A stretch of 64,000 nucleotides of DNA from Algibacter aquimarinus (lineage in GTDB: Bacteria; Bacteroidota; Bacteroidia; Flavobacteriales; Flavobacteriaceae), in assembly GCF_039543265.1 (NCBI RefSeq), contig NZ_BAABJK010000004.1:1030003-1094002 (forward strand), given 5' to 3'. Below, one piece after another: positions 10,408 through 20,378 of the stretch. The notes beneath the pieces are model-generated. The model was not told the DNA's origin. It ran no database searches and saw only the letters and a program-made list of their open reading frames with translations. How positions within the stretch are numbered: position 1 is the stretch's first letter; the number at the start of each line of letters is the position of its first letter. The position numbers were made by a program, and so were the translations under genes.

Positions 10408-13158
10408 ATGAAAACAATTATCCCTTTTTTACTATTGTTGTTTTGTGGTATCTCATATTCTCAAACAACAATAACAGGTTCTGTTGTTGATGATAACAGT
10501 CAACCCATCCCAGGAGCAAATATTATTGTTATGGGAACTTCAACGGGAACAGTTACCGACTTTGATGGTAATTTTACCCTAACTTACAACCAAAACCCAC
10601 CTTTTTCATTACAAGCTAGTAGTGTTGGTTTTGAAAGTATGACCATTGAAATAACCCAAAACAATCAAGTAGCATCTTTTATATTAAAAGAAGGTACTGC
10701 CTTAGATGAAGTTGTTATTTCTGCATCAAGAACACCCGAACGAATTTTTGAATCTCCAGTAACCGTAGAACGTTTTGGACTAAAAGAAATTAAAAACACA
10801 GCATCGGCTGATTTTTACGATGGCTTAGAAAATCTAAAAGGTGTTGATGTAAACACTAACAGTTTAACTTTTAAATCTGTAAATACTAGAGGTTTTGCCA
10901 CTTTTGCTAATAACAGGTTTATGCAGTTAGTTGATGGCATGGATAACTCCACTCCTGCATTAAATTTCCCAATAGGAAATTTAGTGGGTATGACAGAAAC
11001 AGATGTTCAAAGTGTTGAACTATTACCAGGTGCATCTTCTGCACTATACGGGGCCAACGCATTTAATGGTATTTTGTTTATGCGAAGTAAAAGCCCTTTT
11101 GACCATTCTGGAATAAGCGTTTCTTACAAAGCAGGAATTACATCACAAGAAGCTGCTGGGGACAACCAATATATAGATTACAGTATTAGAGTAGCTCATA
11201 AGTTTAGCGAAAAATTTGCTGCTAAAGTTAATTTTGGTTACTTAAAAGGAACCGATTGGGCAGCTACTAATTATGATGATTTAAACTCAGATGGTGGCAC
11301 AAGAGAATCAAACATAAACTACAATGGTGTAAACGTTTATGGCGATGTAGTTGCTGCAAACATTCGAGCAGAGTCTGGTGGACTTGGAATTGTTCCAGAT
11401 GTATTTGTAAGTAGAACAGGATACGAAGAACGCGATCTTACAAATTATGAAGCCAAAAGTGTTAAAGCGGATTGGGGTTTGTATTTTAGACCATGGGAAA
11501 ATGATTTCGAAATTCAGTATGTTGGAAAAGTAGGTACAGGTACAACAATTTATCAAGGAAGTAATAGATATAACATTAATAATTTCTTCCAGCAACAACA
11601 TAAAATAGAAATTAAAAATGATAATTTCTTTTTAAGAGGTTATGTTGTAGGAGACAATGCAGGGGACTCTTATGATATGCTATTAACTGCTGTACAGATT
11701 AACAGATCATGGAAAAGTGATACCGAATGGTTTGGAGATTACATCAGAACATATGTTGGTGCAACATTAAGTGGAGCAACAGATACACAAGCGCATGCTG
11801 CAGCTAGAACTCAAGCTGAAACGGGACGTATTTTACCAGGTACTCCAGAGTTTCAAGCGGCATTGAATAGGAGTATTAATGACCCTAGTCTTCTAACTGG
11901 ATCAAAATTTCAAGATGCATCTAAATATTATCATGCAGATGCAAACTATAATTTAAGCCATTTAATAGATTTTGCTGAAATACAAGTTGGAGGTTCATTT
12001 AGACAATACAATCTTAACTCATCTGGAAGTATCTACACAGATCTAGATGGCCCAATAGATTATTCTGAATTTGGTGTATACACACAAATACAGAAAGACC
12101 TTGAATTAAATGAAAACTTAAAGTTAAAGTTAACAGGTTCTATGAGATATGATAAATCAGAATTTTTTGATGGTTTTGTTTCTCCCAGAATTTCTGCAGG
12201 TTTAACTGTAAATAAAAATCATAATATTAGGGCTTCTGTGCAAACTGGATTTAGAAATCCAACCACACAAGATTTATTTATTGGTTTAGATACAGGGCAA
12301 GAGGTTTTAATTGGTTCTGCACCTGATAACCTAAGTCGTTATTCAAGACCTTATGATGTAAGTCTATCTGGGCAACTATTAGGGCAACCAGCAGTAATAA
12401 ACCAAGAAGGTGGCGCAGGATACACTAATTCTTACACCATAAGTTCTGTTAATGCATACAGAGCTACAGGTGATGCCAATGTTTTAGAAGTAGCAAACCC
12501 AGATATTATACAGCCAGAACAGGTAACTTCGGCAGAAATTGGATATAGAGGCAAGGTAGAAGGTTTTATTATAGACTTTAGTGCTTACTACAATAGCTAT
12601 CAAGATTTCATATCCCAGGCTGATGTCGTATCGCCTTTGTATGGAACAGTGGGAGACAACGGATTATCTGTATCTGCTTTAGATAATGATGACACTCAAA
12701 GATATAATATTTATACAAATTCTGAAGCTGAAGTTAACTCTTACGGTGCTTCTTTAGGTATTTCAACAAAAGTGTTTGGCGATTTTGATTTAAGTGGAAG
12801 CTATACTTATGCGAAATTAGATTTCGACCAACAAAGATTCCCAGACTTTGTTACAAACTTTAATACGCCTGAACATAAATTTAAAGCCACATTTGGAAAT
12901 ACTGACTTATTTAAAAATTTTGGCTTTAATATATCTTACAGGTTTAGTGATGACTACTATTGGGAAAACACCTTTGCCGATGGTTTAATTCCTGAATACC
13001 ATGTCGTTGATGCTCAAATAAACTTAAGAGTACCAAGTTTTAAATCTACTTTAAAAGTTGGAGCTACTAATTTACTGGGTGATGAATATTTCCAAGCTAT
13101 TGGTACTGGCTTTATAGGATCAATGTACTATGTATCATGGACAATTAATAACTTATAA
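10408..13158 (+). CDS. TonB-dependent outer-membrane receptor with an N-terminal carboxypeptidase-regulatory-like domain
   Basis: Signal peptide, a CarbopepD-like segment (ITGSVVDDNSQPIPGANIIVMG..TDFDGNFTL), a plug region, and a long beta-barrel rich in Y/G/N; 916 aa. Confidence 0.7.
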   Translation: MKTIIPFLLLLFCGISYSQTTITGSVVDDNSQPIPGANIIVMGTSTGTVTDFDGNFTLTYNQNPPFSLQASSVGFESMTIEITQNNQVASFILKEGTALDEVVISASRTPERIFESPVTVERFGLKEIKNTASADFYDGLENLKGVDVNTNSLTFKSVNTRGFATFANNRFMQLVDGMDNSTPALNFPIGNLVGMTETDVQSVELLPGASSALYGANAFNGILFMRSKSPFDHSGISVSYKAGITSQEAAGDNQYIDYSIRVAHKFSEKFAAKVNFGYLKGTDWAATNYDDLNSDGGTRESNINYNGVNVYGDVVAANIRAESGGLGIVPDVFVSRTGYEERDLTNYEAKSVKADWGLYFRPWENDFEIQYVGKVGTGTTIYQGSNRYNINNFFQQQHKIEIKNDNFFLRGYVVGDNAGDSYDMLLTAVQINRSWKSDTEWFGDYIRTYVGATLSGATDTQAHAAARTQAETGRILPGTPEFQAALNRSINDPSLLTGSKFQDASKYYHADANYNLSHLIDFAEIQVGGSFRQYNLNSSGSIYTDLDGPIDYSEFGVYTQIQKDLELNENLKLKLTGSMRYDKSEFFDGFVSPRISAGLTVNKNHNIRASVQTGFRNPTTQDLFIGLDTGQEVLIGSAPDNLSRYSRPYDVSLSGQLLGQPAVINQEGGAGYTNSYTISSVNAYRATGDANVLEVANPDIIQPEQVTSAEIGYRGKVEGFIIDFSAYYNSYQDFISQADVVSPLYGTVGDNGLSVSALDNDDTQRYNIYTNSEAEVNSYGASLGISTKVFGDFDLSGSYTYAKLDFDQQRFPDFVTNFNTPEHKFKATFGNTDLFKNFGFNISYRFSDDYYWENTFADGLIPEYHVVDAQINLRVPSFKSTLKVGATNLLGDEYFQAIGTGFIGSMYYVSWTINNL

Positions 13159-13167
13159 TTTAAAAAA

Positions 13168-14742
13168 ATGAAAAATATTAAATACTTATCAATATTATTA
13201 AGTCTTTCATTACTTATAGGTTGTAATGAACCAGAAGATGTTTTAGAAGATTTTAATGCCCTTCCAGAAGAAACTGTTGATTTACCTGCTTTAACTGCTG
13301 GGTCTGCAGATTTTTCAACTTACGTATCGCTCGGTAATTCATTAACCGCTGGATTTTCTGATGGAACAGTTTTTAGAGCTGCGCAAGAAAATTCATACCC
13401 AAGTATTATGGCGCAACAATTTGCTTTAGTTGGCGGAGGAACATTTACACAACCTTTAGTTAATGATAATTTTGGCGGATTAGCCGCTGGAGGCAACCGA
13501 ATAGCAGGCCCTCGTCTTATTACTACAGGTGGCGCTCCACAACCATTAGAATCGGTTATAGGACCCGTTACCGTAACAACTGATATAGTTCTAAACAAGC
13601 CTACAGGACCATTTAATAATATGGGAGTTTCAGGAGCGAATAGTTTTCATCTTTTAGATTTAGGAATTCCAGGATCAGGATATGGTGATATTAACGGTTT
13701 AGGTGTTTACGCAAATCCATACTTTATAAGAATGGCATCAGCACCTGATGCAACAATTATTGGTGATGCGATGGCCCAAAATCCAACATTCTTTTCTCTA
13801 TGGATAGGTGCTAATGATGTTTTAGGTTATGCCACCTCAGGTGGAGATGGCTCTATAACTATTACTGATCAAACAACTTTTGATTTAGCTTATGGCGCTC
13901 TAATATCTTCATTAACATCTGGTGGTGCTAAAGGCGTAATTGCAAATGTACCAAATGTTGAATCGGCACCTTTTTTCAATACTGTTCCAAATAATGCGTT
14001 AGTTATTGATGCTGCAACTGCAGGTCAATTAACAGGATTTTTTCAAGCAGTTGCCGGAATATTTACGCAAGTACTCATTGCGCAAATGGTTCCTCCAGCT
14101 AACGCTCAACAATTAGCCTCTCAATACGCTATTACATTTGAAGAAGGTGCTAATAGATTTCTTATAGATGTACCCGTTACGGCTACAAACCCACTAGGAT
14201 TTAGACAAATGACAGAGGAAGAAAAATTATTACTTCCTATAGATCAAGGGGCTTTAGCACAAGGTTATGGTTCTGTTGCATTAACTCCAGAAGTATTACA
14301 AGTACTTGGTATATTACAAGCTGGCGGAACACCAACACCAGAACAAGGCGCTTTAGTTATTGGAGCTGTTAATGGTATAGATGACGGCGACGCTTTAGAT
14401 AGTGATGAACTTCAGGCAATTAGAACAGCAACAAATGGATATAATGCCACAATTTCTGCAGCAGCTACAGCCAACGGACTTGCTTTTGTTGATTCTTTTA
14501 GCATAACAACACAAATTGCTACTTCTGGTTATAGCTCTAATGGATTTACCATTACTGGCGGCTTAGTAACTGGTGGAGGATTTGGTTTAGATGGTATTCA
14601 TGGTACTTCAAGAGGATATGCATTGTTTGCAAATGAATTTTTAAAGGCTATTGATGTTGCTTATGGTTCTAATTTTGAAGCCTCAGGAAACTTAGTAAAT
14701 CTTGGAGATTACCCAACAAACTATTCACCTTTATTACAATAA
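13168..14742 (+). CDS. Gly/Ala/Thr-rich lipoprotein, possibly SGNH/GDSL-like hydrolase, co-operonic with the upstream TonB-dependent receptor
   Basis: Lipobox LLIGC. LGNSLTAGFSDG resembles block I of SGNH hydrolases (GDS→GNS). Only 9 nt separate it from the receptor gene. Confidence 0.35.
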   Translation: MKNIKYLSILLSLSLLIGCNEPEDVLEDFNALPEETVDLPALTAGSADFSTYVSLGNSLTAGFSDGTVFRAAQENSYPSIMAQQFALVGGGTFTQPLVNDNFGGLAAGGNRIAGPRLITTGGAPQPLESVIGPVTVTTDIVLNKPTGPFNNMGVSGANSFHLLDLGIPGSGYGDINGLGVYANPYFIRMASAPDATIIGDAMAQNPTFFSLWIGANDVLGYATSGGDGSITITDQTTFDLAYGALISSLTSGGAKGVIANVPNVESAPFFNTVPNNALVIDAATAGQLTGFFQAVAGIFTQVLIAQMVPPANAQQLASQYAITFEEGANRFLIDVPVTATNPLGFRQMTEEEKLLLPIDQGALAQGYGSVALTPEVLQVLGILQAGGTPTPEQGALVIGAVNGIDDGDALDSDELQAIRTATNGYNATISAAATANGLAFVDSFSITTQIATSGYSSNGFTITGGLVTGGGFGLDGIHGTSRGYALFANEFLKAIDVAYGSNFEASGNLVNLGDYPTNYSPLLQ

Positions 14743-14765
14743 TATATAATCAAAATATAATTTTT

Positions 14766-14794
14766 AAACACCTTCTTAATGAAGGTGTTTTTTT
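14766..14794 (+). terminator. Rho-independent terminator after the lipoprotein gene
   Basis: AAACACCTTC-TTAAT-GAAGGTGTTT hairpin followed by a T-run. Confidence 0.7.
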
Positions 14795-14906
14795 ATTCCA
14801 AAAAACCTACAAAAACGACTTTCATTTTAAATTAAAAAATATATCTTTGCACGCGAAAACTTGAAGTGTTTTCATAGAATTAAAACGCATAATATTAAAC
14901 ATATAA

Positions 14907-16418
<1,512 letters not shown>

Positions 16419-16485
16419 AAACTTGTCATAGTTTACAGTCCATTCAGTGACTAATAACTATTGACTACAACTAAAGACTAAGAAT

Positions 16486-16764
16486 ATGTATTTAGAAATT
16501 GTATCACCAGAAGCAACTTTATTTAGTGGAGAAGTAACTAGTGTTTCTGTTCCCGGAGTAAATGGTGAATTTGAAATGTTAAATAATCACGCCGCTATAG
16601 TATCTATATTAAAAGAAGGTACTGTTAAAATTTCAGGGAATATTGAATTAGAAGAAGAGGTGCAAGATAAATTCACAAAAGGGGATAAAGGCACAACTTT
16701 ACTAAATATAAAATCTGGAACTATTGAAATGAAGGACAATAAAGTTATTGTTTTAGCTGATTAA
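16486..16764 (+). CDS. atpC: F0F1 ATP synthase epsilon subunit
   Basis: 92 aa directly downstream of atpD; LEIVSPEATLFSGEV...NHAAIVSIL matches the epsilon N-terminal beta-sandwich. Confidence 0.85.
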   Translation: MYLEIVSPEATLFSGEVTSVSVPGVNGEFEMLNNHAAIVSILKEGTVKISGNIELEEEVQDKFTKGDKGTTLLNIKSGTIEMKDNKVIVLAD

Positions 16765-16792
16765 ATTAGACTTATTTTATCTTTTATATAAT

Positions 16793-16826
16793 AAAAAACG
16801 CGAAGCAAAAGCTTCGCGTTTTTTTT
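16793..16826. terminator. Bidirectional intrinsic terminator between atpC and the convergent GNAT gene
   Basis: AAAAAACGCGAAGC-AAAA-GCTTCGCGTTTTTTTT: a perfect 10-bp stem flanked by an A-run and a T-run. Confidence 0.85.
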
Positions 16827-16841
16827 ATCCTTTAAATATTA

Positions 16842-17381
16842 TTACCACTTCCAAAATAATAGAGCCCATTCTTGATTAGTACAAGTGTATCTTTTTAATA
16901 AATTAAATCCAATAGCATAATGCGCATTTAAAGATCTTGTATTTTTAATATCAACCTCTGTTATAATAATATCAAAAACTGTGTTCAGCTCAGATTTCAT
17001 AAAGTTATAAAGTCCTTTAAAAACACCTTGTTTTCTATAATTTTTGTCAACACAAATTTGCCCCATAATTATATAACTAACATTTGGGCTAATGCAAGTT
17101 TCAATTTCTTTAAACATAGGTTTTAAGACTGCAATAGTATTTTTAAAACTGTCAAGCATACTTAATGCATAACCAACTATTGTATTGTTGTGAATAGCAA
17201 TTACATGTGCACAAGCGTCATTCATCATTTTTAGTGTTTCTAAATCGTGCTGTACAGTTACAAATCCTTCATTTAATTGTTCTTCTATTGAAATTGAAGC
17301 AGTTATATTACGCTTTTGAAGTTTGATGATTTCAAATAATTCATCATCTGATACAACTCGTCTATAAACAATTGTATTCAT
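16842..17381 (-). CDS. GNAT-family N-acetyltransferase
   Basis: Acetyl-CoA motif A-like GQICVDKNYRKQGVFKGLY; 179 aa. Confidence 0.55.
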   Translation of the reverse strand: MNTIVYRRVVSDDELFEIIKLQKRNITASISIEEQLNEGFVTVQHDLETLKMMNDACAHVIAIHNNTIVGYALSMLDSFKNTIAVLKPMFKEIETCISPNVSYIIMGQICVDKNYRKQGVFKGLYNFMKSELNTVFDIIITEVDIKNTRSLNAHYAIGFNLLKRYTCTNQEWALLFWKW

Positions 17382-17448
17382 TAGTTTGATACTTAAGTTT
17401 TAAGAAATCTATATACTTAATAAGTAGTTTTAAGAAAAAATAGTACTG

Positions 17449-17901
17449 TTAGTATACTCTTTTTATAACATTAGTAACTATGCCCCAAATAACAAAATCA
17501 TTATCTTCTGTTATTTTTATATTAGGATAATCGGGATTTTCAGGCTGCAACCAAAGCCCTTCTTTATTCATTTTTAGGCGTTTCACAGTAAACTCGCCAT
17601 CTAAAAAACAAACCGCAATTTTATTATCGGCTGGTTCCAAACTTCTGTCTATTACTAATAAATCATTATCATCAAGTCCAGCACCAATCATAGATTGCCC
17701 GCTTACACGTGCATAGAACGTAGCTTCTTTATTTTTTACTAGCTCACTATCTAAAGAAATGCGTTCTTCTTTAAAATCTTCAGCAGGTGAAGGAAATCCA
17801 GCAGAAATCCCAGTGTCTAAAAAAATAGCACCTAACCCTTCAGAAGATTTTGGAGTAAAAAAAGTCAAACTTTTAGATTTATATAATAGGTTTTTATTCA
17901 T
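17449..17901 (-). CDS. umuD: UmuD-like translesion-polymerase accessory subunit (S24 LexA-type self-cleaving peptidase, no HTH domain)
   Basis: Ala-Gly cleavage site (ISAGFPSP), Ser nucleophile (GQSM) and catalytic Lys (VKRL). At 150 aa it is too short for LexA. Confidence 0.8.
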   Translation of the reverse strand: MNKNLLYKSKSLTFFTPKSSEGLGAIFLDTGISAGFPSPAEDFKEERISLDSELVKNKEATFYARVSGQSMIGAGLDDNDLLVIDRSLEPADNKIAVCFLDGEFTVKRLKMNKEGLWLQPENPDYPNIKITEDNDFVIWGIVTNVIKRVY

Positions 17902-17974
17902 TTTTTGAGTCTAACAAAAAATATCTTTTGCATAAAGTTAATAAAGATTCTTCATGATACGTGAAATGGTGCCA

Positions 17975-19231
17975 TTATTTTACAAAAATAATATCGTTAA
18001 TATTAGTTGTATACCTTGGTGTTAGCCTTTCTTGACGCATTTTCCATGTACGTTTTAAATCTTGATTTGCTAATTTAATCTTGTAATTAGTATACTTAGC
18101 ATTAAGATTATCTATAGTACGCATTAAAGGTTTGTGTTTAGGATTTTCGTTATCAAACATTTGTAATTGATAATTATTTGTAGATACTAAACCCATTACA
18201 ACCACTCCAGCTCGCTTATACTTAATACCTTTTTTAAAAATACTTGCACCCGCTAAAACGGCTTTACTGCTAATAATTAAACTAGAATCTGTAGGATATG
18301 ATAAACTAATAATCCTACTTCCTCTGTGTTGTTCTAGTTCTTTTTTATGTTTATCACTACTCAAAGACACATAAATCATGTGACAACTAGATCCTTGTTT
18401 TCTTAATTTTTCGGCACAACTTGTTGCAAAGGTTGAGATGCGTTCTTTTATATCATCAATATTTGAATAGGTATACTCAAAACTTCGTGTTGTAGCTATA
18501 GCTCGTTTTGTTTTTACTTCATCCAATTTTATTTTAGAAATCCCTTCTAAATCTTTTTTAAGTCTCCATTCTACTATCGAGAAACTTTTACGTACCCAAT
18601 CATCTGTAAGCTGTGTAAAATCGAATGCTGTTTTACAACCTTTTGCTTTTAACCGTTTTTGTAAACTCCTCCCAATACCCCAAACGTCTTCTATTTTTAT
18701 CCATTTTAATGCTTTAATACGCTTTTCCTCGGAGTCTATAACATATACACCTTTTGTTTCATTTGGGAATTTCCTAGCAATTTTATTAGCTACCTTACTT
18801 AATGTCTTTGTTGGCGCTACACCCACACAGGTTGGAATACCTGTCCATTTCAAAATTCGTTGTCGCATTTGGTTGCCATAATCTTGAAAATCGTAATTAT
18901 CAAACCCTTTAAATTCTAAAAAAGCTTCGTCTATGCTATACACTTCAACATCTGGAGTAAATTGTTCGAGTATTTTCATTACTCTAGTACTCATATCACC
19001 ATATAATGGATAATTTGAAGAAAAAATTTGAATATTATTAAGCTTGCAGAATCCTTCCCACTTAAAAATAGGAGCGCCCATAGGTAACTTTAAAGCCTTT
19101 GCTTCGTCACTACGCGAAATAACACAACCATCATTATTACTTAAAATAGCAATGGGTTTATGGCGTAAATTTGGGTTAAAAACACGTTCGCAAGACGCAT
19201 AAAAGTTATTACAATCTACTAAGGCATACAT
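17975..19231 (-). CDS. umuC: Y-family DNA polymerase V catalytic subunit (UmuC)
   Basis: MYALVDCNNFYASCERVFNP is the canonical UmuC/DinB start; 418 aa. Confidence 0.88.
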   Translation of the reverse strand: MYALVDCNNFYASCERVFNPNLRHKPIAILSNNDGCVISRSDEAKALKLPMGAPIFKWEGFCKLNNIQIFSSNYPLYGDMSTRVMKILEQFTPDVEVYSIDEAFLEFKGFDNYDFQDYGNQMRQRILKWTGIPTCVGVAPTKTLSKVANKIARKFPNETKGVYVIDSEEKRIKALKWIKIEDVWGIGRSLQKRLKAKGCKTAFDFTQLTDDWVRKSFSIVEWRLKKDLEGISKIKLDEVKTKRAIATTRSFEYTYSNIDDIKERISTFATSCAEKLRKQGSSCHMIYVSLSSDKHKKELEQHRGSRIISLSYPTDSSLIISSKAVLAGASIFKKGIKYKRAGVVVMGLVSTNNYQLQMFDNENPKHKPLMRTIDNLNAKYTNYKIKLANQDLKRTWKMRQERLTPRYTTNINDIIFVK

Positions 19232-19819
19232 ATGATAAAATTACAGATTTCTTTAGTTATATTTGGCTCTATGGAGCAAAATATAATTGTATCTGAAAAA
19301 CAACGCCCTTTATGGCAACGTATACTTGCAGCTTTATTTTTTACTGCTGCTATTGCTTTTTTAGCATATACTTTATTTACAGCAAATTGGAATGATGATA
19401 GTTTAATATACATTGGACATAATATAAAATCTTTTATTTACTTAGTTGGATTTGGTGTGGTATTTTCATTCCATAAAAGCGTCTATATTGATATTAAAAA
19501 TTCAAAATTCAGATCAACTATTGAAATTGGACCGATTAAGTTAGGGCAATGGAAAATCATTTCTAACTACGAATATGTTTCTATATTTCATCAGCCTATA
19601 AGTAATGGAGATAAAATATTTGAGGTAAATTTATGGTACGACAGAAATAAGCATTGGGAATTATATGAAAAACATGATTACAAAGAAGCTTTTTTAATTG
19701 GTTATAAAATTGCAGAACTCTTGAAAATCGATATTTTAGACGCTACAATACCTAACGACTATAAATGGGTAGACAAAGAAGCCTCAATAAAAGCGGGTAA
19801 AATGATATATTTATATTAA
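19232..19819 (+). CDS. Hypothetical membrane protein (two N-terminal TM helices plus a soluble domain). The true start is probably a downstream Met.
   Basis: The ORF-track start lies 1 nt from the divergent umuC start, leaving no promoter space. An internal Met (MEQNIIV..) is more plausible. Confidence 0.3.
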   Translation: MIKLQISLVIFGSMEQNIIVSEKQRPLWQRILAALFFTAAIAFLAYTLFTANWNDDSLIYIGHNIKSFIYLVGFGVVFSFHKSVYIDIKNSKFRSTIEIGPIKLGQWKIISNYEYVSIFHQPISNGDKIFEVNLWYDRNKHWELYEKHDYKEAFLIGYKIAELLKIDILDATIPNDYKWVDKEASIKAGKMIYLY

Positions 19820-19828
19820 TTATTAATT

Positions 19829-20281
19829 CTAAAAAAACTTTCCGTTTTCTATAATAGAATTTCCAACACGTTTATAGGTAACGCGTTTGCCATTAGCACA
19901 AAATTTATAAATACCTGAAGACTTTTTTTCTGAAGCTGACAGCAACGTAATATCTTCAACAGTACAATCGTAATCTTTTGCTACTTTCTTTTTTATATGA
20001 CTAATAGTAGCTCGCCCTTTTTTTAATTGATTTTGAATTTTTTTATCCAATTTAGGTTCTTCAAAATCTGAAGCGATTTTACAACTATTTTCTTTTGAAA
20101 CCTTAGATACTTCTTTTTTTATACTCCTTATTTCTGGGGTTGTTGTTAAGTCAATATACTCCCACGTAAAATCTGCTTTAAGTAAAACACGACGTCCATC
20201 TTCAGTTTTTACAATATGGTTATTTTGAGCGAAACCAATACTAGAGATAAAAAATAAGACAATAAAAAAAGAGGCTTTCAT
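19829..20281 (-). CDS. Hypothetical secreted or lipoprotein
   Basis: Probable start is MKASFFIVLFFISSIGFAQ (signal peptide). Lys-rich, no recognisable domain. Confidence 0.3.
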   Translation of the reverse strand: MKASFFIVLFFISSIGFAQNNHIVKTEDGRRVLLKADFTWEYIDLTTTPEIRSIKKEVSKVSKENSCKIASDFEEPKLDKKIQNQLKKGRATISHIKKKVAKDYDCTVEDITLLSASEKKSSGIYKFCANGKRVTYKRVGNSIIENGKFF

Positions 20282-20378
20282 AGCAAGAAATATTTTATAT
20301 AACTCCAAAAATACAAAACTAATCTTTTACATATTCTAAAATATTGTTTGTAACGTATTTAAAACTTCTCTAATTATT

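Noticed and set aside
19219-19413. A 64-aa minus-strand ORF spanning the umuC start and the divergent gene
   Set aside because: It overlaps both the umuC start and the 195-aa ORF, with no signal or domain. It is most likely spurious.
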